64,000 nucleotides of DNA from Nitrospirota bacterium (GTDB lineage Bacteria > Nitrospirota > Thermodesulfovibrionia > UBA6902), in NCBI GenBank assembly GCA_039715075.1, contig JBDLIC010000002.1:2108-66107 (forward strand), given 5' to 3'. The notes beneath the pieces were generated by a model. The model did not search any database, was not told the origin of the DNA, and saw only the letters and a program-made list of their open reading frames with translations. This document shows, piece by piece, positions 49,634-59,160 of this stretch; the stretch's first letter is position 1, and each line of letters opens with the position of its first letter. The translations under genes were made by a program, and so were the position numbers.

Positions 49634-49876
49634 CTAAGTCTTCTTCAGGTCATCGAGGTCGTTTTTCAGATTCTCAAGAATCCTTCTCAGCTCAGCTTCA
49701 TGCCCCATTTCCTGCTGGGCAAGGAACTCAAAGAGTTCTCGCGATTCTTCTGATGTTGCTTTCTTTGCTGCGCTCAAATAAAAATGTCGGGCTGAAATTT
49801 CCCTCGGTATCGCAAGCAGCACCACCTGGATCATCTCTTCAACGCCCTTAATCCTGTTTTTTACGTCTCCACTCAT
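49634..49876 (-). CDS. small ferritin/rubrerythrin-like protein (80 aa)
   Basis: YLSAAKKATSEESRELFEFLAQQEMGHEAEL resembles one half of a rubrerythrin diiron domain. Confidence 0.4.
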   Translation of the reverse strand: MSGDVKNRIKGVEEMIQVVLLAIPREISARHFYLSAAKKATSEESRELFEFLAQQEMGHEAELRRILENLKNDLDDLKKT

Positions 49877-49923
49877 TTCCGACTCCTTGCAGATTCACAG
49901 CAATAAATCTATCATAAATGCAA

Positions 49924-50613
49924 CTAAGAGGGCCATGTAATCTTCCCCCCGTTGTATGCAATAAAAAGCGTCACCGGGACATTTACAAAAATCAGAGCAT
50001 TATAGATATATGACATTGTATCCGACCTGAGCGCAATATCCGGGACAATAAACCTCAACGGCACAAGAAAAAGAACCGAAATGATCAGTATGATAGAGCC
50101 GGCCAGTTTGTTCTTGAATATGGTTGTAAAGGTCATATCATAATTTATCCACCAGCTGAAGATTCCTGCTGCCACAGCAGGAAAGACACCTAGAGCTCCA
50201 AAAGTTATCGCATAAAAAGCCGTAAACTCAAAGGACCTGTTCTCTGAAAGAAGAAAAAGCAACTGCATGAACGCACCGAATACGAATAATCCTATGGGGA
50301 AGTGAATAAGTATCGGATGCGGATGGAACTTCTGGTACAGGTTGCGGAGAACCGCCAACCTCTCAATGGATGCATCCACCTGCTCTGCCTCAATAGTCCC
50401 AACCGGCTCGACCCTGTCAAAAACCTCTTTATCATGCGGCGCCATGGAGATAAATTCGGAAAGGTCTTCACCCGCCTTATGGCGTCCCATATGGACCCCA
50501 TCCTTCCATAGATCGCTTTTTGACACATCATAGATCTTGCCGTTGTACACGACATAAGCGGGGCGACCGTCCTTCCCGTCAAAAGATTTCAGTTCACTCT
50601 TTTTCATAAACAA
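49924..50613 (-). CDS. cytochrome b5-like haem/steroid-binding domain fused to a polytopic membrane domain
   Basis: N-terminal ELKSFDGKDGRPAYVVYNGKIYDVS...HKAGEDLS (cyt-b5-like), followed by about 5 TM helices. Confidence 0.55.
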   Translation of the reverse strand: MFMKKSELKSFDGKDGRPAYVVYNGKIYDVSKSDLWKDGVHMGRHKAGEDLSEFISMAPHDKEVFDRVEPVGTIEAEQVDASIERLAVLRNLYQKFHPHPILIHFPIGLFVFGAFMQLLFLLSENRSFEFTAFYAITFGALGVFPAVAAGIFSWWINYDMTFTTIFKNKLAGSIILIISVLFLVPLRFIVPDIALRSDTMSYIYNALIFVNVPVTLFIAYNGGKITWPS

Positions 50614-50626
50614 TTTCCGTTAATTA

Positions 50627-51154
50627 CTATTCAACAAGGTCAGCTTCAAGATTCACAGAAACCTCCACATCCTTCCCGACCATAAAACCGCCCTTCTCCA
50701 TCGGTTCGTTCCACTTCATGCCGAAGTCCTCACGGTTAAGAACGGTCCTTCCCGTAATACCCAGGGTTGTCTCACCAAATGGGCTTTTGACAGGGCCTAA
50801 AACATCTGCTTCCAGAGTAATGGTCTTCTTAATTCCATGTACAGTTAAATCACCTCTGACTTTGCAGGTATTGAAACCGGTCCGTTCCAACGCTGTTCCC
50901 TTAAAAGTAATATCAGGCTGCTTTTCAATGTCAAAGAACTCCTCACTTTTCAGGTGATCATCCCTTTTCCCGATACCCGTAATAATACTGTCCGGATCAA
51001 CTTTAAATTCCAGGTCCAGACTCGTAATATCTTCAGGATCAAGGTTAATGGTGCCGGAGACTCTATTCATCTGCCCGTGCACAAAAGCAACCGTCATATG
51101 ACGGATCGAAAATGAACCTACTGAATGATCAGGATCAATGTTCCATTTTGCCAT
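50627..51154 (-). CDS. YceI-family protein
   Basis: MAKWNIDPDHSVGSFSIRHMTVAFVHGQMNRVSGTI is a typical YceI N-terminal signature. The protein is 175 aa. Confidence 0.75.
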   Translation of the reverse strand: MAKWNIDPDHSVGSFSIRHMTVAFVHGQMNRVSGTINLDPEDITSLDLEFKVDPDSIITGIGKRDDHLKSEEFFDIEKQPDITFKGTALERTGFNTCKVRGDLTVHGIKKTITLEADVLGPVKSPFGETTLGITGRTVLNREDFGMKWNEPMEKGGFMVGKDVEVSVNLEADLVE

Positions 51155-51176
51155 GTCTTCCCTCCTTTAAAGTCCG

Positions 51177-52220
51177 CTATATAAAACACTGGGGATCAGG
51201 AGCAAGATGGTCTCCCTTCCCCCTTGCCATTGAGTATGAATAAGCTATTGCCCTGCATCCCCGGCAGTTTGCCCACTTTTTGCACGAGCCGCATTTGCCC
51301 TTGTATTTACTCCTGTCCCGAAGGTCATTCAGGACATCAGACATGACCCAAATCTCGCGCAAAGAATCTTTCCTCACGTTTCCTAAGGAGACCGGCATAC
51401 GCCTGCAGGGGACGACCGTGCCGTCGGGCAGAATTGTCATACCGGAGACACCTGCAGCACATCCCCCGAGGGCAGTGTCTCCAAGATCAATATCCTGAGT
51501 ATCATTTCTGAACTGCGATGCAACCGGGTCGCCTGTTACTATTTTAAGTCCGTTTTTGCGGTCAACTGAAAACACCTTCCCATAAAGCTCTTTTAAGGCA
51601 GCGGTTTTCAGCATCTCATCGAATAAAATCTTGCCCCTGCCCCACGGAACAAGCCTCGAAAAACCGAGCTTATGAACTCCAGTGTCAGATGCCAGCCCGA
51701 CCATGTCGATAAGGTACTCCGCGTTCAAACGGGATACCGTAACATTCAGGGTCACCTCCAGTCCGGCATTCAGCAAGTGCTTCACCCCCCGCATAGAGGC
51801 AGAAAAGCTCTTCCTGCCCCTTATCGATTCATGGACTGCCTCCGGGCCTTCAATGCTGACCTGTACACCCTTTACTCCGGCTTCGTATAATCTTTTAGCC
51901 TTTTCATTATCAACGAGAATGCCGTTTGTGAGCAGGTACATGTCGAACCCGATATTTTTAAATTCATATAATATTTCAAACAGGTCTCCCCTTAAAAGTG
52001 GCTCCCCTCCTGTCAGGTTTACGCTCGGCGAAAAATCGATCTCATAATTCTTTTTCCAGATGCTGAGTGTTTCCGATATCTCCCTGACAGTCTCACCGGC
52101 TTCCGAGGATGTAAGTTCTCCGTTTTCCTCACCTGCCTGGTAGCAGTGTGAACATGTAAGATTGCACTTTTCAGTGAGGTGCCACTGAATTAAATAGTCC
52201 ATTTTCCGGTTAATTGACAT
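51177..52220 (-). CDS. radical SAM enzyme with C-terminal SPASM domain (peptide-modifying-type maturase)
   Basis: CNLTCSHC (CxxxCxxC) at residues 19-26 and a C-terminal Cys-rich SPASM region (CGSCKKWANCRGC...DPQC). An AGGAAG RBS is upstream. Confidence 0.8.
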   Translation of the reverse strand: MSINRKMDYLIQWHLTEKCNLTCSHCYQAGEENGELTSSEAGETVREISETLSIWKKNYEIDFSPSVNLTGGEPLLRGDLFEILYEFKNIGFDMYLLTNGILVDNEKAKRLYEAGVKGVQVSIEGPEAVHESIRGRKSFSASMRGVKHLLNAGLEVTLNVTVSRLNAEYLIDMVGLASDTGVHKLGFSRLVPWGRGKILFDEMLKTAALKELYGKVFSVDRKNGLKIVTGDPVASQFRNDTQDIDLGDTALGGCAAGVSGMTILPDGTVVPCRRMPVSLGNVRKDSLREIWVMSDVLNDLRDRSKYKGKCGSCKKWANCRGCRAIAYSYSMARGKGDHLAPDPQCFI

Positions 52221-52295
52221 TGATGATCTTCCTGGATTTCATTACTATAAAAAACTGCGTTTAAGCCCCTGCCACCTTATTATTAATTATTAAGA

Positions 52296-52345
52296 TTGCA
52301 TAGACGGATATGGCAAAAACGATAAAAAAATAATACTATGTTTCT
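52296..52345. promoter_or_regulatory. 15-bp perfect-arm hairpin between the 34-aa peptide gene and the rSAM gene
   Basis: GGATATGGCAAAAAC ...19 nt... GTTTCTGCCATATCC. A second small hairpin GTTGCCGAACCGGCAAC follows at 52355..52372. Confidence 0.6.
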
Positions 52346-52401
52346 GCCATATCCGGGAATTCTGGTTGCCGAACCGGCAACGTTTAACTCTTTCAACCCT
52401 T

Positions 52402-52506
52402 TCATTTGAGGCAGACTTTACCGGAGTTTTCTTTTACTCTTTTCTTTATGCTGCCCCAGAAAGCTGCTTCCTTCAACAGTGCCTTTTTATTTAAAGGCTT
52501 CTTCAT
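52402..52506 (-). CDS. 34-aa Lys-rich peptide (MKKPLNKKALLKEAAFWGSIKKRVKENSGKVCLK), a candidate precursor peptide
   Basis: Strong RBS AGGAGGTGA 6 nt upstream of ATG, located immediately 5' (in operon order) of the rSAM/SPASM gene. Not in the ORF track because it is under 60 aa. Confidence 0.4.
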   Translation of the reverse strand: MKKPLNKKALLKEAAFWGSIKKRVKENSGKVCLK

Positions 52507-52554
52507 CCGCTTTCACCTCCTTTCATCGGAAGTATCCGTCAATAATACTTCAGT

Positions 52555-52884
52555 CTAACGTTTCAGGTAAGAGATCACCTCCTCAGAAGGCTTAGGCAGT
52601 CCCGCAATCTTCCAGGCCTTCAAGGGGTCTACAAAGTCCTCATTAACACAGTCCTTTGGCTGATGCACATTTCTGCAAACCGAACCCAGAATCGGAAAAG
52701 AACTGAACCGCTTATAGTAGTCCCTCATAAACCTGATTACTTCCATACGCTCCTTCGTAAGTTCCTCGACTCCTTCCTGATCGGCAATACCGCAGGCTGT
52801 CTTTTCACTCCAGTCCTCAAAGTTCTCGAGGTACCCGTCATCATCCAGTTTAATTTTTAACGAACCATATTCAATGACCGCCAT
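52555..52884 (-). CDS. DsrC/TusE-family protein lacking the C-terminal Cys-bearing arm
   Basis: EKTACGIADQEGVEELTKERMEVIRFMRDYYKRF ... KAWKIAGLPKPSEE matches the DsrC/TusE fold including AGLPKP. It ends SEEVISYLKR instead of the canonical TGCV. Confidence 0.6.
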   Translation of the reverse strand: MAVIEYGSLKIKLDDDGYLENFEDWSEKTACGIADQEGVEELTKERMEVIRFMRDYYKRFSSFPILGSVCRNVHQPKDCVNEDFVDPLKAWKIAGLPKPSEEVISYLKR

Positions 52885-52905
52885 TTTGCACCTCCTAAAA
52901 AAACT

Positions 52906-53160
52906 TTATTTTCTCCCTTCGAAATTTCTGATAAATTGATCGACCTGAACTCCGAGATGAATACATTTAGTCCCATCCATGCATTCATCGGCATCCTTTT
53001 TTTCAAGGTGTGTTATGAGTTCTTCTGAATTCTTTTTCAGTTTCACGTCAAAGGTATTTAAATTATCATTAAAGTCCAGGCTCATGGATATACCGTGCTG
53101 CCCGATTTCCGGATACATTTCGTAGATCCTGTCCTTTAATGCAACATTTGTGTATCCCAT
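52906..53160 (-). CDS. hypothetical small protein (84 aa)
   Basis: Intact ORF upstream of the DsrC-like gene. No motif recognised. Confidence 0.35.
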   Translation of the reverse strand: MGYTNVALKDRIYEMYPEIGQHGISMSLDFNDNLNTFDVKLKKNSEELITHLEKKDADECMDGTKCIHLGVQVDQFIRNFEGRK

Positions 53161-53674
53161 AAGGTCCTCCTTTTTTTATAAAAACAGTCTGCTGTTATAT
53201 ATGGACCATATCGGCCCTGTCTGTAAAAAGTCCCTTCTTAACATATGAGACATTGCTTCGTAATTCACTTATTTTATAAAAATCTTAGAACTTTTCTTCC
53301 TCCATAAATATGATTAATATCATATTATTCAGCATTTGTATCTAAGCAAATTCTATCACATCGGGATTGGAAGTCAATATGCCTGCAACTAGCCTTGTAA
53401 TATACTTTTTATCCCCTGGCATATCTAACAACTCCGGAGGTTTCATCCTAAAAAATGATCATCAATATATGATATAAAATACAGGGGGACATCTAATCAC
53501 TAATTGCATAAAGCCATATTCTGCTGTTCCAATGGAAAACACTCAATACGGAATTTTTGAGTTTCAGGGACGATATGGAAACTGTACTTGAAATGACCAT
53601 GGATAGATCCGGTTATCTACAAAACACTATGATACGAAATAAAAATTTAGTATACTCTTTAAGAGCAAACCAAT

Positions 53675-54472
53675 ATGAAATTTAAAATAAAGACAGTTTT
53701 TATTTTCCTGGTGCTTGCAACTGTTTTTTCTGCCGGGCAGAGAGCCATCGCTGCCCAGCCTCCGGACCGGGCGGCTGTCGGCATAGATGAAAAACTGGGG
53801 CAGCATGTTCCGCTTGATATTATGTTCAGCGACGAAAAGGGAAATGCCCATGCGTTAAGGGACCTCATTGACAGACCGACCATAGTTCTACCGGTATATT
53901 ACCGCTGCACAAACATCTGCACCATTCTACTGGGAAGCCTGGCGGACGTTCTGGACAAAATGCAGTCGCAGCCCGGCAGGGATTATAAAGCCCTTTCAAT
54001 AAGTTTTAATGAAGATGACACACCGGAAACCGCAATGGAGAAAAAGCGGAACTATATGGCGTCTCTCAAAAACCCATTTCCTGAAGAGTCATGGAAATTC
54101 CTGACAGGTGATATCCAGAACATCACACGGTTCACGCAGGCTGTGGGATTCAACTTTAAACGGCAGGGAGAGCATTTCCTGCACCCCGCAGCACTCATCA
54201 TAATTTCACCTGAAGGCAAAATTGTCAGATACCTGTACGGAAACACGTTTCTGCCGTTTGAATTAAGGATGGCGCTTATTGAGGCATCAGAGGGGAGAGT
54301 AGGCGCCACAATAGGCAAGGTCCTGAAGTTCTGCTTCAGCTATGATCCAAAAGGACGCAGATACGTAGTAAATATATTGAGAATTTCCGCAACAGTTATT
54401 CTCTCCCTTGCCGCCATTTTTGTAACATACCTTATGATAACAGGCAGGGCAGAAAAGAGAAAAACAGGGTAA
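53675..54472 (+). CDS. SCO1/SenC-family copper chaperone (thioredoxin fold, CxxxC) with C-terminal TM helix
   Basis: Signal peptide, CTNIC (CxxxC) motif, thioredoxin-like fold, 265 aa. It sits directly upstream of coxA. Confidence 0.7.
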   Translation: MKFKIKTVFIFLVLATVFSAGQRAIAAQPPDRAAVGIDEKLGQHVPLDIMFSDEKGNAHALRDLIDRPTIVLPVYYRCTNICTILLGSLADVLDKMQSQPGRDYKALSISFNEDDTPETAMEKKRNYMASLKNPFPEESWKFLTGDIQNITRFTQAVGFNFKRQGEHFLHPAALIIISPEGKIVRYLYGNTFLPFELRMALIEASEGRVGATIGKVLKFCFSYDPKGRRYVVNILRISATVILSLAAIFVTYLMITGRAEKRKTG

Positions 54473-54477
54473 GGAAT

Positions 54478-56067
54478 ATGAAATCAGGTTTTTATGAAGC
54501 AAAAGGGAAACACAGAGGAATCCTCTCCTGGATTCTATCTACAGACCATAAACGGATAGGGCTTCTGTATCTCTTCACCATGCTGACCTTCACTACGGTC
54601 GGCATCTCGCTCGGATCTCTGCTGAGGCTTGAACTGATCGCTCCGGGAGAAACGATCATGGCAGCGGGGACATACAATGCCGTCTTCACCCTTCATGGGG
54701 TAATAATGATCTTTCTCTTTGTCATCCCGGGACTCCCGGCTGTGTTCGGCAACTTCTGCATGCCCCTCCAGATAGGAGCAAGGGAGGTGGCATTTCCGAG
54801 AATCAACCTGTTTTCATGGTGGCTGTTTGTTGCCGGCGGAATCATAGCTGTCATGTCACTCTTTACGGGGGGAGGGCCTATTGATACGGGCTGGACCTTT
54901 TACGCACCATACAGCATAAAGACGGGAACAAATGTCACGCTTGCAGTATTCGGGGTCTTCCTCATTGGCTTTTCTTCCATCCTGACTGGATTGAATTTCA
55001 TAACCACAATACACAGGCTCAGGGCACCCGGCATGAACTGGTTCCGGCTTCCCCTGTTCAGCTGGTCCATTTATTCTACGGCCTGGATACAGGTCCTTGC
55101 TACACCGATAATAGGGATTACACTCCTGCTTATCATGGTCGAACGGTACTTCGGCATTGGTGTTTTTGACCCTGACAAGGGAGGAGATCCGATATTGTTC
55201 CAGCATCTGTTCTGGATTTACTCACACCCCGCCGTGTATGTCATGGTACTCCCTGCCATGGGCGTTGTATCAGATATCATCCCGGTATTTGCGAGAAGGA
55301 CTATTTTCGGATATAAGATGATCGCCTTTTCAAGCCTTGCGATAGCCCTGCTGGGTTCACTGGTCTGGGGCCATCATATGTACACGAGCGGAATGAGCGA
55401 CACCGCAAAGGTGATCTTCTCTTTGCTGACATTCCTGGTTGCCATACCAAGCGCAATCAAGGTTTTCAACTGGATATCTACACTGTATAAAGGATCAATA
55501 ACAGTTGGCACTCCTCTGCTGTATGTTCTTTCGTTCATTTTCCTTTTTGCTATAGGAGGGTTGACCGGACTGGTGAATTCCGCACTTGCAACTGACATTC
55601 ATATACATGACACACAGTTTGTGGTGGCCCATTTCCACTATACGATGTTCGGCGGCACTGCCTTCGGGTTTGTCGGGGCGCTCCACTTCTGGTTTCCGAA
55701 GATGTTCGGAAAAATCTATAGTGAAAAAATAGCAAAAACAGCATGGGCATTTATCTTTGTCGGATTTAACACGACTTTTTTCCCGTTGTTTATGCTCGGT
55801 ATGAACGGTATGCCGAGGAGGTATTACGACTACCTTCCCCAGTTCCAGACAGGTAATATGATTGCTACAATCGGTTCATGGATACTCGTTTCTGGAGTTG
55901 TATTAATGGTTGTAAATTTATACAGGGCAACCCAAAAAGGTGAAGAGGCTGGAAGCAATCCATGGGGTGGAGCCTCTCTGGAATGGCATGTACCTTCGCC
56001 GCCGCCACATGATAATTTTGATGAGATACCAGTGGTGGAGACCAAACCATATGAATTTAAATATTGA
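54478..56067 (+). CDS. coxA: haem-copper oxidase subunit I (cytochrome c oxidase)
   Basis: WIYSHPAVYVMVLP, GHHMYTSGM and WGGASLEWHVPSPPP motifs across 12 TM helices. Confidence 0.9.
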   Translation: MKSGFYEAKGKHRGILSWILSTDHKRIGLLYLFTMLTFTTVGISLGSLLRLELIAPGETIMAAGTYNAVFTLHGVIMIFLFVIPGLPAVFGNFCMPLQIGAREVAFPRINLFSWWLFVAGGIIAVMSLFTGGGPIDTGWTFYAPYSIKTGTNVTLAVFGVFLIGFSSILTGLNFITTIHRLRAPGMNWFRLPLFSWSIYSTAWIQVLATPIIGITLLLIMVERYFGIGVFDPDKGGDPILFQHLFWIYSHPAVYVMVLPAMGVVSDIIPVFARRTIFGYKMIAFSSLAIALLGSLVWGHHMYTSGMSDTAKVIFSLLTFLVAIPSAIKVFNWISTLYKGSITVGTPLLYVLSFIFLFAIGGLTGLVNSALATDIHIHDTQFVVAHFHYTMFGGTAFGFVGALHFWFPKMFGKIYSEKIAKTAWAFIFVGFNTTFFPLFMLGMNGMPRRYYDYLPQFQTGNMIATIGSWILVSGVVLMVVNLYRATQKGEEAGSNPWGGASLEWHVPSPPPHDNFDEIPVVETKPYEFKY

Positions 56068-56076
56068 AAAAGCAGA

Positions 56077-56691
56077 ATGAATAATACTTCCACTATTGAA
56101 AGTCATAAGGACTATATCGGCGCAAAGATGGGAATGTGGCTCTTCCTTTTTACGGAACTTCTTCTTTTCGGCGGCCTCTTCCTCATATACGCGGTCTACC
56201 GCTATTCATATCACGGCGGCTTTCAGGCAGGGTCCGGGGAACTGAGCACGATAGCCGGAACAGTCAACACTGTTATCCTTATCACAAGCAGCCTTACAAT
56301 GGCCGTTTCGATCTCTGCGATACAAAGGGGAAACAGAAAACTATGCCTGGCCATGCTGCTCGCAACGATTCTTTTCGCGGCCGCCTTCATGGTAAATAAA
56401 TATTTTGAATGGGGGGCAAAGATTCATCACGGTATATATCCAGGCTCTCCTGAGCTGCTTTCAAATGATCATGGTACGGTCCTTTTTTACGGTCTCTATT
56501 ATGTCATGACAGGACTGCACGGACTGCATGTCCTTGTCGGGATGGTTTTATTGTCAATAATGTTTTTTCTGGTTTACAGGGGAAGGATCGACAGTACGGA
56601 TTTTGTGAAGCTCGAAAATTCAGGGCTGTACTGGCATTTTGTTGACCTCATCTGGATCTTTCTCTTCCCCCTGTTTTACCTGATCACATAA
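56077..56691 (+). CDS. coxC: cytochrome c oxidase subunit III
   Basis: A 204-aa membrane protein with a subunit-III-like 5-helix core. Confidence 0.75.
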   Translation: MNNTSTIESHKDYIGAKMGMWLFLFTELLLFGGLFLIYAVYRYSYHGGFQAGSGELSTIAGTVNTVILITSSLTMAVSISAIQRGNRKLCLAMLLATILFAAAFMVNKYFEWGAKIHHGIYPGSPELLSNDHGTVLFYGLYYVMTGLHGLHVLVGMVLLSIMFFLVYRGRIDSTDFVKLENSGLYWHFVDLIWIFLFPLFYLIT

Positions 56692-56702
56692 AGGAGAGTT
56701 TT

Positions 56703-56993
56703 GTGAAGCAAAAAAAAGAGGACATTCATATTACGGGTTATAAAAATTATCTGCTCGTATGGCTGGGGCTAATGATTTTCACGGTACTTACCGTTGCGGT
56801 TGCGCGAATTGATCTGGGGAGTATAAACTTTCTGGCCGCAATGCTTATCGCGTCTTTCAAGGCCCTTCTGGTGATAACCTTTTTTATGCATCTTTTATAT
56901 GAACAGCGTCTTTTTAAAATAATGGTATTTTTTTCGGTCGTTACTCTTGCAATATTTATCGGGTTAACTTTTTTTGACGTCCCTTTCAGGTAA
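56703..56993 (+). CDS. coxD: cytochrome c oxidase subunit IV (bacterial caa3-type small subunit)
   Basis: A 96-aa three-helix membrane protein placed between coxC and coxB. Confidence 0.55.
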   Translation: MKQKKEDIHITGYKNYLLVWLGLMIFTVLTVAVARIDLGSINFLAAMLIASFKALLVITFFMHLLYEQRLFKIMVFFSVVTLAIFIGLTFFDVPFR

Positions 56994-57002
56994 GGCCATA
57001 TT

Positions 57003-57914
57003 ATGATTTCAGGAGCATCGAACATAGCAGAGCATGTAGACAATGCATTTATATTCATAATAGGCATATCGATACTACTTCTGGTTTCCATAACAGCTGT
57101 TATGATCTTCTTTGTCTTCAAATATCACAGTTCAAAAAATACAAAGCCGGAAAACATTGAGGGCAATAATATGCTCGAGGCCCTCTGGATAGCCATACCC
57201 ACTGTCCTGGTCCTGTTCATGTTCTATTACGGCTGGACAGGATACAAGGTAATGCGTGATGTCCCTGAGGGAGCGATGGAGATACATGTAAAGGCCCGCA
57301 TGTGGTCCTGGCTTTTCCTTTATGAAAACGGGAAGAAAAATAGTGTGTTGTATGTCCCTGTCGGGAAACCTGTAAAACTTCTACTTTCCTCACAGGATGT
57401 GATCCACAGTTTATTTATTCCGGCCTTCAGAGTAAAAGAAGACGTGGTGCCGGGGATGGAAACTTTTGTATGGTTTGAGCCTACCAAGGTTGGGGAATAT
57501 GATCTGTTCTGTGCTGAATATTGCGGGCTGAAGCATGCGGATATGATCACTAAGGTTGTAGTTATGAAGGAAAATGAGTTCAAGAGGTGGTATGAAGAGG
57601 AGGAAGGGGAAGCGGTCCCCGGAATTTCAGCGCGTGAACTGCTGGATGAAAATGGATGTCTTGACTGCCATACCGAAGACGGGACAATGCACATGGCTCC
57701 CACTTTCAAAGGCCTTTTCGGCACCATGAGAACTGTTGTAACAGAGGGGGAGGAAAGAAGTATTGTCGCAGATGAGCCTTATATAAGGAAATCAATTTTA
57801 GAGCCGGAATCCGATATAGTAAAGGGATTTGAACCTCTCATGCCTTCATACTTAGATGAGTTAAGCGGAAAAGATATTGAAATAATTATTGAGTATCTTA
57901 AAGAGTTAAAATAG
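57003..57914 (+). CDS. coxB: cytochrome c oxidase subunit II with C-terminal cytochrome c domain (caa3-type)
   Basis: CuA site HSLFIP...FCAEYCGLKHADM, plus a C-terminal CLDCH haem c motif. Confidence 0.85.
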   Translation: MISGASNIAEHVDNAFIFIIGISILLLVSITAVMIFFVFKYHSSKNTKPENIEGNNMLEALWIAIPTVLVLFMFYYGWTGYKVMRDVPEGAMEIHVKARMWSWLFLYENGKKNSVLYVPVGKPVKLLLSSQDVIHSLFIPAFRVKEDVVPGMETFVWFEPTKVGEYDLFCAEYCGLKHADMITKVVVMKENEFKRWYEEEEGEAVPGISARELLDENGCLDCHTEDGTMHMAPTFKGLFGTMRTVVTEGEERSIVADEPYIRKSILEPESDIVKGFEPLMPSYLDELSGKDIEIIIEYLKELK

Positions 57915-57991
57915 CTGGTGCAGGGTAAAGGCGGAAGAGGGGAGCCTTTCTGCATGTTTTTATGATTGAACGATTTTTTTGTGTTGCTCAT

Positions 57992-58840
57992 TTACTGAAT
58001 ATCAAGGACGATAGAGACAAATATCAGGGAGATATAAATGAGTGAGAAAATGAAAATCTTTTTATTATAATTTTTTACTGAAAACAGCCATATCAGGCCA
58101 AGAGAAATATATGCTCCCCCAAGAACTATTGATATGATAAGGTGGAGCCTGCCAGTCATACCGGACAGATACGGCATAAATCCTGCTATTACGAGCGCCA
58201 GAATGTAGATGAACGATCTGCATTTTGTATTCATCGCTGACCTTACAACAGCAAGAGTTGGGATACCTGCACTTTTATATTCACCTTCATGCTCTAATGC
58301 CAGAGACCAGAAGTGCGCAGGCTGCCAGTAGAACATCATTGCAAAGAGGAGCAGTGTCTCATAGCTGACACTCCCCGCAGCTGCCGCCCATCCAATAACA
58401 GGAGAGAGGGCGCCGGATATGCCCCCGACTTCAGTAGCAAGCGGGGTACGCCTTTTCAGAATCACCGTATAGAGGAAGGAATAGATAAATACAGCCAGCA
58501 GCGAAAGAAAGGCGGTCAACAGGTTAACGCCAATAATCAATATGATAAAGGCTGCGGCAGAAAGCAATATTCCGAATATCAGAACACCAGACGGCTTCAG
58601 CCTGCCTGCAGGCAACGGCCTTCCAGATGTCCTCTGCATCAGACGGTCAATGTCCCTGTCATAATAATTATTGAAAACCGATGCCCCTGAAGATGCGAGG
58701 CCGATGCCCAGAAGTGTCCAGAAAACTACTGCAGGTTCAGCCCTTCCCCCGGAGCCTGCCCATATTCCTGCAAAACCCGCCAGCATTACTAACAGGGCTA
58801 TCCTGGGTGAAGTCAGTTTTAAATATTCAATTAATACCAT
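57992..58840 (-). CDS. ctaB: protohaem IX farnesyltransferase (haem O synthase)
   Basis: UbiA-family prenyltransferase, 282 aa and about 9 TM, including YYDRDID. It is adjacent to the cox operon. Confidence 0.8.
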   Translation of the reverse strand: MVLIEYLKLTSPRIALLVMLAGFAGIWAGSGGRAEPAVVFWTLLGIGLASSGASVFNNYYDRDIDRLMQRTSGRPLPAGRLKPSGVLIFGILLSAAAFIILIIGVNLLTAFLSLLAVFIYSFLYTVILKRRTPLATEVGGISGALSPVIGWAAAAGSVSYETLLLFAMMFYWQPAHFWSLALEHEGEYKSAGIPTLAVVRSAMNTKCRSFIYILALVIAGFMPYLSGMTGRLHLIISIVLGGAYISLGLIWLFSVKNYNKKIFIFSLIYISLIFVSIVLDIQ

Positions 58841-58979
58841 GAATGTCTGATAATTTCATATTCCTTTAACAGTGAGTATATTTCCAATCGTCTGGCAAGT
58901 CAATTAGTTTTCCTTTCCAGCCACAGAGAGGTCGTTATCAACAGGCTGCGAAAAACAAACACTATCATTTCAACTAAAA

Positions 58980-59125
58980 TTCAGGAGGGGGAGCTTAAAT
59001 AAGTATTTGAAAGCGCGGTCACAAAAAATGGTACGGTTTTCTGATTATAGAGAATGCAAAGATATGTATAGATAAAATTAATTGCAGGGAGTCGCTCAAT
59101 ACTTATTTAAGCTCCCCCTCCTGAA
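58980..59125. repeat. 29-bp perfect inverted repeat flanking an ~88-bp AT-rich spacer
   Basis: ATTCAGGAGGGGGAGCTTAAATAAGTATT (58981..59009) and its exact reverse complement AATACTTATTTAAGCTCCCCCTCCTGAAT (59097..59125). Confidence 0.8.
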
Positions 59126-59160
59126 TTACCAGGCATACACGACCTAAAACGCTTTGAGAT

